From Prasinococcaceae sp. CCMP 1430 (Eukaryota > Plantae > Prasinodermophyta): 64,000 nt of DNA. The DNA is taken from positions 99,721 through 163,720 of the forward strand of contig RQSC01001393.1 of NCBI GenBank assembly GCA_013416795.1, in the 5' to 3' direction. A program made the position numbers and the translations under genes. The notes below the pieces were generated by a model. That model saw only the letters and a list, made by a program, of their open reading frames with translations, did no database searches and had not been told where the DNA came from. Every line of letters begins with the position of its first letter. The stretch's first letter is position 1. Shown in pieces: positions 1-11,722 of the stretch.

Positions 1-58
1 GGCGCCGCGGGGGCGCGCGCAGCGGGGGCGCGCGCCGGCGCGGTGCGCTGCGCGAGAG

Positions 59-874
59 GTGCTCAGCGGCGAGCAGCGCACGAAGCTCGACGGTGGGAGC
101 GACCGCGACTTCTACGCGTTTCCGAGGTTCGTCAAGCACGTGGACGACGCTTTCCTCTCCCGGGTGACGCAGCTCTATGACCGGCTCATCCCTGAGGGGG
201 CTTGCGTGCTCGACCTCCAATCTAGCTGGGTGTCGCACCTGCCGGAGAGCAAGGGCTACGAGCGCGTGGTGGCACACGGGCTGAACGCACAAGAGCTCGA
301 GCGCAACAGCCAGGCGACCACCTTCTTTGTGAGGGACCTCAACGCCGAACCGGCGCTTCCCGCTCTCAAAGATGACTCCTTCGACGCCGTGGTAGACTGC
401 GTGAGCGTGCAGTACCTGCAGCGGCCCGAGGCTGTGTTTGCTGAGATCAACAGGGTGCTGAAGCCGGGCGGCGTGGCGATCTTCACATTCTCCAACCGTC
501 AGTTCTACTCAAAGGCAATCAGCGCGTGGAGAGATGGCACGGGCTTCAGTCGTGTGCAGCTCGTCAAGAGCTACTTCTCTGCTGTCGACGGCTTCACGCC
601 CGCAGTTGCATACACGGAGGCGGACGGCAGCGCAGTGCCCAAGAGTGCGTGTACGCGCGGGAGCGCCCGAGCTCGAGCGCCTGCACGCCTGCACGCCCAC
701 GCGCGTGTCTCTTGCCGCGCGCTGACGATGTGCCCATGCGCCCGCTGCGCGCCCGAAGACGTCTTCGAGAAGCTGTTGTGGGCATTGAAGCGTGGCCAGG
801 GGGACCCGTTTTACGCCGTCGTCGCGTGGAAAGAGTACCGGCCTGACGGGTTCGACACGCACGCCAGCAGCTAG
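59..874 (+). CDS. Class I SAM-dependent methyltransferase (type 11-like), probably 5'-partial
   Basis: KLDxxxDxxFYxxPRFVxHVD N-terminus, VLDLQSSWVSHLP, FDAVVDCVSVQYL and RVLKPGG motifs. Likely in-frame 114-nt intron 645-758 (GTGCGT donor, GCTGAC branch 721-726, AG 757-758) giving AVPKNVFEKLL. The true start probably lies upstream of the window. Confidence 0.8.
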   Translation: MLSGEQRTKLDGGSDRDFYAFPRFVKHVDDAFLSRVTQLYDRLIPEGACVLDLQSSWVSHLPESKGYERVVAHGLNAQELERNSQATTFFVRDLNAEPALPALKDDSFDAVVDCVSVQYLQRPEAVFAEINRVLKPGGVAIFTFSNRQFYSKAISAWRDGTGFSRVQLVKSYFSAVDGFTPAVAYTEADGSAVPKSACTRGSARARAPARLHAHARVSCRALTMCPCARCAPEDVFEKLLWALKRGQGDPFYAVVAWKEYRPDGFDTHASS

Positions 875-1504
875 CTAGAGAGACGAGGACGCATGAGCCT
901 TCGCGTGTGTACATGTGCATGAGGCGCCGCGCGCCACTAAGGCTACCCGTATGCGCGCCTCACGATGGGCGCTGGTCGCGCGGGTGGCACTCGGCAGCTC
1001 GCCGAGTAGACTATGGCATTGAAAGACTCGCAGTACCTCGAAGCACCTCTCCTCCACACACCCGCGCTCACACACACATAAATGGGACGGCCTCCCCCGC
1101 GAAAGCAAGCAGCTACCTGTCGCCACCCCCACCGCCGTCGGCCAGCCAAGGCACGCCGGCGGCGTCCTCGGCGCCCGCCACCCGCGCGGGCGCGCCGCCG
1201 NCGTGGTAGGAGGGGAGTCTGGGGACGGGCGGTGGGGCGCCGTGGGCGCGCGGCGGCGGCGAGCGCGGCGCTGCTGGTGCTGCTCGCGGCAGCGGCTGTG
1301 CTCGTGGCAGCCCGCGCGGGTCCCTCAGCGGCGGAGCTGGCGCGCGACAGGAGGAGGCAGGCAAAGGGAGGGCAAGTGGAGCACACCCCGCAATGGGACC
1401 ATTTCAGCAGCGTGACAAAGACTGTCGCGAGGCAGCGCGCGCGTGGCGGCCGCTACAATGTCACGCCCTCTAAGACGCGCGGCCTGGGGCTGAGCCGCGC
1501 CGCC

Positions 1505-3098
1505 ATGGGCGCACTCAAGGCCACGACAGCCGCGCGAGGTCCTCCCAGAGCGGCGAGAGGGGTGAGCGAGACGCCTCGCGTGCGCATGCGTCGTCGTCGG
1601 CGCTGACCGCAGTGCAGCAGCAGCAGGAGAGGAGGATAGCGCCGCCGTCGGCGGAGCATGCCGGCCAGCCTACGGAGTGGACGCACCCACACATCGTCGG
1701 GCCCGGCGAGCTGACGCGCGGCATCACATACACCGAGTACGCGACGCGCAGGCACGCTCTCGTTGAGAAGCTGCCAGACGGCGCGGCGGCTCTCGTGGCG
1801 GCGCCGCACAGGGACAAGCACCCGGGCACGGTCATACCGGCGCTCCAGGTGAGGAGCGCGCTGGGGCGCACTCGCGCGTGTGCGCGGGCGCCGCTCTGTG
1901 CCGGGCGCGCGCTGACTCGCGCCGGCGTTCGCCGCTGCGTGGCGCGGCCGCGTGCTCGCAGAGCTACCGCACGTCGCCGGACATGCTATACCTGACGGGC
2001 GTGCTGCAGGAGGGGTGCGCGGCCATCGTGCGCAACGTGAGCGGCACCGCGCGCCTCACGCTGTTCGTCCCCGACCCGGACCTGACGGTGGACGCCTGGG
2101 ACGGCAAACCAATCACCGCGACGGCCGGGGAGGAGGTCTTCGGCGCCGACGACGTGCGGCCGATGAGCTCGCTCCCGCGCGTGCTGCGCTCGCTGCGCGC
2201 GTCCGGGACGCGCTTCTACACGGAGGACAGCGTGCGCCAGTCGCTGGCGCAGTCGCGCGCGCGCGTGCGCGAGGACCTCGGCCGCGCCGAGCCGCTGCCG
2301 TACATGACGCACGCCCTCCGCTGGAAGAAGTCGGACGCCGAGCTCGAGCTGCTGCGTCAGGTGGCGAGCGGCACGTGCGAGGCCTTCGAGGAGGCCATCG
2401 CGCACTCGCTCAGGGAGGGCGCCACCGAGGGGAGTGTGGCGTCAACCGTCGAGCACGGCTGTCGCCTGCGCGGCGCCGACCGCATGGCCTACCCTAGCGT
2501 GAGCGCCGTCGGTGAGAGCATCAACGTCATCCACTACAGCCGCTGGGACCGCCGGGTCACGCACGCACCGGGCGAGCTCTTCGGCATGGACGCGGGCTGC
2601 GAGCGCGCGGGACTGTGCTCGGATATCACGCGCGCGTGGCCGACGAGTGGCGAGTTCTCCTCCGCTGCGCGCGACTTCTACGAGGAGATCCTCGACGTGC
2701 ACAAGCAGTGCGTCGCGGCCGCCACCGAGGGGAACACGCTGGACGACATGCAGCGCAAAGCGCTCGAGCTGCTCGCGGGAAGCTTGCGCCGCCTGGGTGT
2801 GAAGGGCGACGTGCGACACTTCTTCCCGCACAACGTGGGGCACTTCCTGGGCATGGACGTGCACGACTGCAAATGGGTGTCCAACGGAACACCCATGGTG
2901 GGCGGGGTGGTGCTCACGTGCGAGCCAGCGCTCTACCTGCCGCACATGCCGGAGGTGCCCAAGGAGCTCCGCGGTCTGGGCACGCGCATCGAGGACATGC
3001 TGGTGGTGCGGCCTGGCGGCGCCCCGCCCGAGGTCCTCTCGGGGGCGCTCCCGACCGAGGTTGCCGACATCGAGGCCATGCTCGCGAGGATGAGATGA
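1505..3098 (+). CDS. ICP55: Xaa-Pro aminopeptidase M24B, mitochondrial intermediate cleaving peptidase 55 (XPNPEP3-like)
   Basis: GQPTEWTHPH..PGE.T.GIT..EY..RR N-terminal signature; metal-site motifs GMDAGC, SDITR, PHNVGHFLGMDVHD, TCEP, RIEDM. Intron 1849-1961 joins the ORF frames correctly. The start (ATG 1505 plus an intron from 1562 to ~1617-1626) is tentative. Confidence 0.85.
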
Positions 3099-3349
3099 GG
3101 CGCGCCGGGAGACTATTAATACTCTTGTGCCACAGAGCGCACGGCCTGGCGCCGCCCCTGCGCGCGGGCGTGCCCGCGCGCGCGCCCGCAGGCTCGACCT
3201 GGGCGCTCGCTCGTCAATGCATGCGCGCGCGCCCGCGGGCGCCTCCTGTTTTTGTTATGCCCCGCTGCAAATTACAGAGAGCGCGCCCCGCCGCGGCCGG
3301 CCCTTCACGCTGGCCGCAGCGCGCAGCGCGCCCCGTGAGAGTGGACCAT

Positions 3350-4066
3350 TCAAAGGTCCTGCACCTGGAGGCCAGGGGGGAGCGACTGCTTGAGCTTGTC
3401 CGCCTTGTCCGAGTCCGTCACCACGAGGGTGTACAGGTACTTGCTGCAGCGCACCTTGAACTTGGTGGTGCCCGAGGTCTTCTTGATCTTGACCGCTGTG
3501 GGGGCAGAGGAAACAAAGCCAGCGGGGCTAAGAGGTCAGCGCCGGCGCAAGAGAGAGCGTCTATCCCGCGCAGCGCCCGCGCCCTCGCGCCCGCGCCGCC
3601 GCCGCGGCCGGCGGGTCCCCGCGGCATGCGCAGCACTGCTCCCGCGGCGCGTGGCGCGGCGGGCTGCACTCCGCGGGCTGCGATGCAAGCAGCGCATCGT
3701 GCGGGGCGGCCGCTCCTGCCACGTGCCGCAGAAGTTCGCTCGTGGGCTAGGAGGAGGGCCGCGCGGGGCCGCGAGCGCAGCCCGCGCCGCGCGCGTGCGC
3801 CACGCGCGCTACCACGTACCGCGGGCGTCCGGCCGGCGGGCCGTGATGAGGAAGTCCTTGATCTCGTTGATCTGCTTCGGCTGTGGGATGGCGGCGCCGA
3901 GGGTAGCACGGCAGCGCGTGGCGACGCGGCGTCAGCACTGGCCCCCTCCTCGCAGCTCACTCGCCNTAATGAGGCGCTCTCCCTGCCTCCCTCCCCTCTC
4001 TCCATCGCCCCCCCACACCCCACCAGGCACCCTCGCGCGTGCGCCCGTGTCATCCCCACGCACCAT
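3350..4066 (-). CDS. RPL38: 60S ribosomal protein L38
   Basis: Exons 4066-4064 (ATG only), 3880-3820 and 3495-3350 with GT-AG introns give 69 aa: [69 protein letters not shown]. Confidence 0.97.
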
Positions 4067-4220
4067 GGCTGCTGGCGTGGGGCGATGCTGCGAGCGCGCA
4101 GTATGGCGCACGAGGGAGAGCCACCGCCAGTGCCTGCGGCGTTCGCCAGCCGCCGCCGCTCGCGCACCCGCACCCGCCGATCTGAACCCCCCATCAAAAC
4201 GAAAGCGCGCTCGAATTCAC

Positions 4221-4379
4221 GTCAAAAAGCACTCGGCTGCAACGCCGAGGTCAAAAAGCATGCGGCTGCAACGCCGAGGTCAAAAAGCATCCGGCTGCAA
4301 CGCCGAGGTCAAAGAGCACGCGGCTGCAAAGCCGAGGTCAAAAGGCACGCAGCTGCAACGCCGAGGTCAAAAAGCACGC
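4221..4379. repeat. 29-bp tandem repeat, 5 full units plus a partial, upstream of RPL38
   Basis: Unit GTCAAAAAGCAYNCGGCTGCAACGCCGAG starts at 4221, 4250, 4279, 4308, 4337 and 4366. Confidence 0.95.
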
Positions 4380-5661
4380 GCGCGCTCGACTCGCGCGCCG
4401 ATTGTGCTGTGCTGCCCCCCCAACTTTTTCAACCGGAATTCCCGCATGCATTCGCCGCGATTTAGATATGGATTTTCAACTCGCTCTCAATAAAACGGAA
4501 TTATTGTATGAAGTTTCGATGTATTGGTATCAATCGCAACACCAACGCCGCTTCCTTCCTTCCTGACCTCGTTTTTTTTTTTTCGCGCGCCTTTCGACCC
4601 GCAATTCCGTGGTTTCGGGCGCTGCAGCTCGCAACAGCGGCCGCCCGCCGCGCGTTCCGGCCGGTCGCGTTTTCGCGCGAGCGATTCCGTCGCGACTTCG
4701 CAGAGGCGATCGCATTTGGGAGCGGGCCTTCCGCGCTTCCGCCCGCGCACCCCCCTTGCCGAATCGACGGAAGGCCGGCCTCGTTCGCGCGCGCCGGAAG
4801 CTTCCGCTTCCGGCCGGCGTCGCGCACTCCGCCTCGCTCCACGAAAGGCGCGGAAGCCAAAGCCGGCGCTTCTGGAACCCCCGCGCGCGAGCGAGCGCCA
4901 TCTGTCAGTCAGTCAGGGGTCTTTTCGGGTCTGTCCCTCGGTCAACGCGGCGAGGCTTCCGGCCGCGCCCCGGCGCGCGCGTGGAGGGTTTGGGCGGGCG
5001 TTCGATCCGGGTTTGCGGGGGTCGCCTTCGGAGGTCGCGCGCGCGCGGCTGGGATCGATCTACCGCACGATTCGCGGCGCACGTGCGGGCGAGCGCCTGC
5101 GCACGTGGTGCTGCCGGCTGGGGCGATGATCGGACGTGCGGCTGTTCGGCCCCCGTCGGGTGGGGTTGGGCGGGGCGGGTGCGTTTTGACCTGCGCGAAA
5201 GCGGGGGGAAAAAATCGGGCGGGCGGCCGGTGCGCCACAGCGCGCGCGCGGGGGCGCGCAGCGCAGCCCACCCGCCGGCGCGGTCGGCGCGCGACACGAG
5301 CTCACCACACCCATTCGTTGGCATTGGCGATCTCACTCGTACAGTACACATTACAAAGCTTTTGAGAATGACGCTGGACTAGTAGTCTCTAAAAAGTCTT
5401 TTAGTACTAGTCTAAGAAGCTTCTTAGTACTACTCTACTTTGCCAATGTAGACTACAGTAGGACAGTACCACGAACAGTACCATTGATTGGGCCACACGG
5501 CTACTAGTAGAGGCTCCTACCGATCGTTCGGCGACGCATAAAAATGGTCCCAAACTGACGGCAAAGCCAATCGGTGGNAGGCGCCGGCGGCGGCGGATGC
5601 GCCGCCCCTGCACTCGCCGCCGCCGCTGCCGCGCGCGCACCGCGTCGTAGCGACGCTCGAC

Positions 5662-7107
5662 ATGGCGCCGCCCGCGTCGGAAGTGCCTCGCGCGGAAGGC
5701 GCGCTCGTCCGCGTGTCGGGCCCGCTGAAACCGCGAAAACCGGTGACTGTTCGGTCGTGCATCAGGGACATCATGGCGATCTGCCTGCCGGCCATGGGCG
5801 CCATCCTGGCCGACCCAGTGATGAGCCTCGTGGACACCGCCTGCATCGGCCAGATCTCGAGCGTTCAGCTCGCCGCGCTCGCGCCCAACACGGCCATCTT
5901 CAACTTTGTCTTTGCGGGGCTGTACTTCCTTCAGACGGCCGTCACCGCGCTGTGCGCTCGCGCACTGGGAGTCGGCGACCGGCGGCGAGCGGGCGAGGCC
6001 TTCTGTGTTGGCGCGTTCCTGGCGCTGGCCATCGGCGTCGGCACCTCGGTTGTGCTCGAGGCATTCGCGCCGCAGCTGCTGTCGCTGATGTCGACGTCGC
6101 CGGAGATGATGGAGCCCGCGATGACGTACCTGCGCATCCGCGCATTGGCAGCGCCCGCGGTGCTCACCTGCATGGTGGTTCAGGGGGCGTGCTACGCGCA
6201 GGCCAACGCGCGCGTGCCGCTGGTGATCAACCTGACCGCGGGCGTGGTCAACCTCGTTGGCGACGTGGCGCTCGTGTTTGGTCCGCTGAAGATGGGCATC
6301 GCGGGCGCCGCGATCGCGACGGTCGCCGGCCAGTACGTGGCGGCCGCGCTCAGCATCTGGACGGTTGTCTCGGCGCAGCGCAAGGGCACCGGGCTGCCGC
6401 TCATGCGCCGGCTACCGACGCGGGACGAGGTCGTCCCCTTCTTCCGCATCGCGAGCGTGATGCTCACGCGCATGCTTTGTATCATGGCAGTCTACACGCT
6501 GGCCACCCGCAGCGCGGTGGCGCTCGGCACGCTTCCGGCGGCGGCCTTCCAGGTCGCCCTGGAGCTGACGTGGTTCCTGTCGTTCTTCCCCGAGCCGGTG
6601 TCGATGGCCGCGCAGGCGCTGCTCGCGCGCCTGCCGCCGGGCATCAACTACTCGCGCCAGGTGGGCGTCAAGGCGTGCGCTGTGGTGATCACCGGCGCAG
6701 CGCTCGCGATGTTCCTGGCCGCGGTGGTCACACTGTGCCCCTTGGGCATCTTCACGGGTGACGCGAACGTCGTGGCGGCCGTGGCGACTCTGCGATTGCC
6801 AATGATGGGCGCCGTCGCGCTGTGCTGCATGGCCATGACACTTGACGGCATTTTCATCGGCCTGGGTACCTTTAGCCATCTGGCGTTCTTCCAGGCGGCC
6901 AACCTCATGCTCATGCTGCCGTACTTCATGACGCAAGCCACCACGCTGAGCGCGACCTTCTGGGGGCTCGCCATATTCTTCGCGCTGCGGTGTGTGCAGC
7001 ATGTGGGATTCATGGTGCTGCGACACAACCCGTTGCGCAACCCGCTGAAGAGCACGACTGCGGCCAGCGCGGCGCAGAGCTACGAGATGGCAGGCGCTGG
7101 CATTTAG
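5662..7107 (+). CDS. MATE (DinF/DTX-like) multidrug and toxin extrusion transporter
   Basis: 481-aa ORF with LPAMGAILADPVMSLVDTACIG, YLRIRALAAPA and MGIAGAAIATVAGQY motifs, ~12 hydrophobic segments. A transit peptide may extend upstream across the n at 5578. Confidence 0.92.
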   Translation: MAPPASEVPRAEGALVRVSGPLKPRKPVTVRSCIRDIMAICLPAMGAILADPVMSLVDTACIGQISSVQLAALAPNTAIFNFVFAGLYFLQTAVTALCARALGVGDRRRAGEAFCVGAFLALAIGVGTSVVLEAFAPQLLSLMSTSPEMMEPAMTYLRIRALAAPAVLTCMVVQGACYAQANARVPLVINLTAGVVNLVGDVALVFGPLKMGIAGAAIATVAGQYVAAALSIWTVVSAQRKGTGLPLMRRLPTRDEVVPFFRIASVMLTRMLCIMAVYTLATRSAVALGTLPAAAFQVALELTWFLSFFPEPVSMAAQALLARLPPGINYSRQVGVKACAVVITGAALAMFLAAVVTLCPLGIFTGDANVVAAVATLRLPMMGAVALCCMAMTLDGIFIGLGTFSHLAFFQAANLMLMLPYFMTQATTLSATFWGLAIFFALRCVQHVGFMVLRHNPLRNPLKSTTAASAAQSYEMAGAGI

Positions 7108-7608
7108 GCGCCGCGACGCAGAGGGTATGCCGGGCCGGCTGCCGCAGCACAATGGACACCAACGACGGCATGGCCAGCGGTGAGGTGGGGGGTGGGATGG
7201 CGTGGGGGTGGGGGGATCACCTCGCAGGAGTGTAGCAACCCCCCCCCCACCCACACACGCCCCGTCACCCCTTCCACATCCACGCGCAAATACAGACCGA
7301 GAGACGCCAGGGCGTGCAGACCGCACACGCGCGCACGACCGAAGGCTGCCGATGCAGACGGCACGCGCCCTGGACAACGACTCTCTTTACCTCTAGCTAG
7401 AGATCTATTTTTGTTCGCCATAGAAGACACACAAACACATGCAGGCCTACGACGGTAAATTGCCGATGAAGTCGCACGTATACCACCGACCAATCGCACG
7501 CTGCGCGCCGGACCGCTGCTGCGCTGAGGTGGGTCTGCGAGGCATGAGCTCAAGTGCGTATTCTTACGACTGCGACCACGCCGCGGCCGCGCGGCGAGCA
7601 GGCCGCGT

Positions 7609-8152
7609 TCAGCTCTCCTCGTCGAAGGCGAGGTGCTCTGCCTCGAGCGCCCACTGAATGGCGGGCTCGCCGAGCCTCTCGTCTGGCACCAGCGACATGG
7701 AGCCGTCCTCCGCCACGCTCACCACGAAGATGAGCGCCTCGACGGGCGTAAAGATGGTGTACAGCACGCCGTCTTGCTCGAAACCCAGCAGCTCCACACC
7801 CTCGGCGGCGGTCTCGTCGCCGTCCTCGCCAAGGTCAAGCGACACGATGTCCTCGTCGGAGTAGCGGACCGCGCCGCGCACCGTCAGGCAGTACGCGGTG
7901 TTCTGCACGTACAGCCGCCGCGCGGCCAGGCGCTCCGAAACGAGGGGCAGGATCGCGTCCAGCTCGCCGTCGTTCAGGTCGGTCATTTCGTCTGTCACTG
8001 GGTCATCCGCCAGCACCTCGATGGGGGTGTCGACGGGAAGCAGAAGCGCGTACGGCAGGCCATCGTCGCCGTCGAAGCGCCTCCTCACCACGCACGGCAC
8101 CTCGCGGCCCGTTGCGGGGTCCTTGAGCGAAACCGTCTCTTCAACCACAGCG
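7609..8152 (-). CDS. DUF3727/DUF1292-like acidic protein exon, spliced in frame to the NOC2 ORF
   Basis: YALLLPVDTPIEVL, L...AYCLTVRG and YTIFTPVEALIFV match my recollection of the cyanobacterial/plastid DUF3727 family. There is no ATG of its own; CAG acceptor at 8154-8153. Confidence 0.7.
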
Positions 8153-8328
8153 CTGCGTGGACCGCGGAGCGTGCGCGCGCGCGGCTCGCGCGTCAGCGCG
8201 ATGCCCTCCGCGCGCGGTGCGGTCGAGCGAGGTGCGTTGCGAGCAGGGCTTTCGCGCCGCCCCCTTCGCGTTGAAGGCCCGGAGGCGCGTGGCGCGGCGC
8301 TTGCACCCGCGCGCCCCGCCTCACGTAC

Positions 8329-11304
8329 CTGCCAGCCTCCTCATCCGTCGCCGGCGGCGCCGCGCCCTCCGCCGCCTCGGCCTCGTCGAACATGGCGTCG
8401 AAGTCCACGTCCTCCAGCACGTCGCCGTCCTCGTCGGCCGCCGCCGCGGCCAACTTCTGCTTGACGTCGACCTTGGGCGCCGCGGGCCTCGCCGGCTTGG
8501 CCGCCCTCCGGCGCGCCTTGCCGCCCCGGCCTTCGTCCTCGCCCTCAGCGTCCTCCTCCGAGGGAGGGCCATCCTCCTCGCCCTCAGAGAGGTCGTCGCC
8601 TTCCATCGCGTCATCGCCGTCGTCAACGTCGTCGTCGTCGTCGACGTCGTCGCCGCCGCCGGCGCCCGCGCGCGCGCCCTGGCTGGAGGGCGCGCCGCCG
8701 CCCACGGTGACCTCGTCCACGCTCCCGGCGGCCTTGCGGGCGGCAGCGGCCGCCTTGAACTGGACGTAGAACGCGTGCACGGCCGTCGCCCCGGCGCTCG
8801 CCGCCCTCTTGCCCTTGCCGCCGCGCGCGGCGGCGCGCTTCCCCTCGGCCTCGAACTCGTCGACGCTGTCGGCGTCCTTGGGGGCGAAGCTCACGCCCGC
8901 GCGGCGCGCCTTGACCGCCGCAGCGGTCTCGCCCACGGCCCCGAGCAGGTTCTGCGCGTGCTTCCGGAAGCGCTCCACCGGGCAGCTCTTGGCGAAGCGG
9001 CGCAGCTCGAGCATCGGCGCGAGCGTGAGCTCCGGGAAGGCGATGTGGTACGACCAGGCCGCCAGGTGGCGCGACAGCAGCTCGAAGGTGCGCAGCACGG
9101 CCTCCTCCTGATAGGCGCGCGTCTGGGCGAGGCTCTTGGGCGCCAGCAGCTGGCTGTCGAACACGCGCTGCACGCCGGCGCCGCCGCTGCCCGATCCGCC
9201 CGAGTCGCCGCGCGCGCCGCGCCTCCAGCTGGCGCCCGTGAGCACCTCCACCAGCGGCGCGGCGAGCGGCGCGTAGCACCGCGACGCCTCCGCCAGGTCG
9301 CACAGCGCGCGCACGCAGCGCAGGCGCAGCGGCCAGCGCTGCATGCTCGGCTGCAGGCGCGCGACGCCCGTGAGCAGCTGGCACAACGGGTACGCGAGCG
9401 CGCCGAGCTCCGATTCGTCGGGGTACGCGCACACCGCCGCGGACCACAGCTCGAGCAGCCCGACGTTGCGCCAGCCCTGCGCGAGGCGGGCGTCCGCCTG
9501 CGCGCGCCCCTGCAGCGCCTGGCGCAGCACGTTGGCGCACTCGCGCAGCCCGGCGAACGCCTGCGTGTACGCCGCGTCGAGGTCCTCGCCGCACAGCGCC
9601 ACGACGCACTCGCGCTGGAAGGCAACGCGGGCGACCTCCGACGCCGCCGCAGTGCGCGCGTTGGCTGCGTAGCCGGCGCACATGCCCTTGAGCACGCGGG
9701 GCAGGAAGCCCTCGGGCATGCACAGCGCCTGGGCGTGCAGCAGCTCCCACGCGCAGTGGCGCGCGTGCACGCCCTCGCCGCGCGACCAGCACGCGAGCGC
9801 TGAGGTCATGGACTTGCGCGCGAGGCGCTCGTGCGCGCGCATGAGGGGCGCCAGCCGTGCGAGCGAGCGGTAGGTGAAGGCCAGCATCGCCTCGTCGGTC
9901 ATCTGCTCCAGCGCGTGCACCGCCGACGAGATGAAGCTCTTTGACAGCGGGCCCACCGTCTTCTTCCAGCGCGAGTGCTTCTCGGGCTCCTTCGGGAGCG
10001 CAGGCGCGGCGGAGGGCGCGTCCTTGCCGCCCTTGGCGCCCTTGCCCTGCTGCGCGTGCTTCCCGCCCGTGGCGAACACCATGGCGAAGACCTTGTGCAT
10101 GGAGGTCAACGAGCGCGTCATCACGCGCGTGAAGACCGAGCTCGTGGTGATGTCCACCTTGAGCGACTCCTCGCCCCGCCCGTCCATGTCATCGCCTGAT
10201 CGCCGTCGTCGTGGCCGCGCGCTTCGTCAGCCGACCGCAATGCGCACGCGCGCGCTGCTAGCTCTGCGAGCGCCCGAGCGCGTGTCAAGTCCAGCCGTCG
10301 CTCCTGCTGCCGCCCCCACCGGCCTCCATCCGCCCGCCGTCTGCGGCGCGCCCGCCGGTTTGCGGGCGCGCGTGGCTCAGAAAGTTTGAGGTATATGGTT
10401 ATGTCATCGACATTGCTGCAGCACCTGCTGCTGCTCCGTTGGTGATGCATGTAAAGTGGGTCGTCATTGCCACGCAGAAACACCCGGTGGGAGGGCGCAC
10501 TGAGGGGCCGGCGGACGGAGGGCCAGGGGCACCGAAGGAGCGCGCAGGCGACGGCGGGTACAAGGCTCGCGCTCGCGCGCACGCACCGTGGTAACACGCC
10601 GCGCGGAACGCGCGCACGATCGCGCGCGTCGCGTCCACGTCGCCCGAGCGCATCGCGGCGTCGAACCACGCGTCGACCTGAGACACGGTCACGACGTTGC
10701 GCGGCGCCTTGGGCTGCCGTGGGGGCCGCGACGGGGAGGCGGGTCCGGTGCGAGGGGGCGGACGATGTCAGGCGATCGCCACCTTGACGCGAGGGGGCGC
10801 GCCGCGCAGAGTCGGGCGCAGAAAGCAGACGGCGCGAGCACGCGCACGCACCTCGTCCTCCTCGTCGCCCTCCTCCTCCTCATCCTCGTCCTCCTCGTCC
10901 TCCTCGTCCTCCTCCACGTCCTCATCGCCGGTGCCCTCATATTTGAGAAGGTCGGAGTCGTTCTGCTCAAGAAATTTGTAGAACTCGGGGTCCTTCTTGG
11001 TGAGGGCCTCGAGGTGGCGCACGTGCGCCTCGTCGTCCTCCTCGTCGCTCTCGCTCTCGCTCTCGCTCCCGCTGCTGCTCGCCCCGTCGTCGGAGGCGTC
11101 GGCGTCCGCGTCGAGGAAGTCGCCGTCGAGGAACTCGTCCGCGGACATCGACGCCACGCGCGCCTGCTTCTTCCCGGCTGGCGCGATCCCGCCGGACCCG
11201 TTGGCCGCCACGCCCTTGGCGCCCCTGCCGCCCTTCGCCCCCTTGGTGCCCTTGGCTCCCCTGGCGCCCGCGCGCCACCACCTTTGCGCGTCCAGCACAC
11301 CCAA
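8329..11304 (-). CDS. NOC2: Nucleolar complex protein 2 (pre-60S biogenesis)
   Basis: MSADEFLDG, HLEALTKKDPEFYKFLEQND.DLL, AFRAAC, YRSLARLA, YPLCQL, PLRLRC, WSYHIAFPEL and SFAPKD motifs. Exons ~11304/11148-10852, 10713-10587 and 10195-8329 with phase-consistent GT-AG introns. Start codon uncertain (first in-frame ATG at 11148). Confidence 0.92.
10370..10475 (-). ncRNA. Intronic box C/D snoRNA in NOC2 intron 2
   Basis: Perfect 7-bp terminal stem GCGTGGC/GCCACGC directly flanking a C box ATGACGA and a D box CTGA. The element CCTCAAACTT(T) next to the D box is complementary to conserved 18S rRNA GAAGUUUGAGG. Confidence 0.8.
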
Positions 11305-11722
11305 CTTTCAATTCCGTCGTTTCGACAACACGACCACGCAGAGCGCACTTTGGGCCAACACCCAATAAAATGTATGCGTTTTGACATTCAAAGTCTCGGG
11401 AGGACGCGTCCTTCACCGTGGAAAACTCGCGTATCGGTAATTTGGGCGGCCGCTGCGCGCGTTCGCGGCGCGCGCCCGCGCGCTCTTTCCCCCCCTTTCC
11501 CGCCAGGCAGAGGGGAAAAGCGACGGGAAATGCTGCAGAGCAATCTTACGGATGAGGTAACTGCGCCTTACCGTAGTTTGTAACGCATTTGTGATGTTCC
11601 AAATGAATTGTCGGAATAGTGAGCCAAGGTCCAGTCTGGGCATTTTTGGCCCTTTTTTTGCGAGGCGAAGCATAAAAAAAAAAAAACGGGCGGGCGCGGG
11701 TGCGGGCGCGGCGCGGCGTGGC

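Noticed and set aside
645-758. 38-aa Arg/Ala-rich insertion in the methyltransferase
   Set aside because: Better explained as an in-frame intron with canonical donor, branch point and acceptor.
1203-1500. Hydrophobic peptide SAALLVLLAAAAVLVAA upstream of ICP55
   Set aside because: It lies directly after an n join with no supportable start, so it cannot be assigned to a gene.
3496-3819. Possible H/ACA snoRNA in RPL38 intron 2
   Set aside because: A hairpin exists near 3713-3774, but I found no H box or terminal ACA in the right positions.
8157-9803. Long antisense or alternative-frame ORFs (also 14401-17184, 18197-22003, 52974-55565, 57361-59916, 61284-63593 and many Arg/Ala-rich ORFs)
   Set aside because: Shadow ORFs from high GC and the GC3 bias of real genes on another strand or frame; no family motifs.
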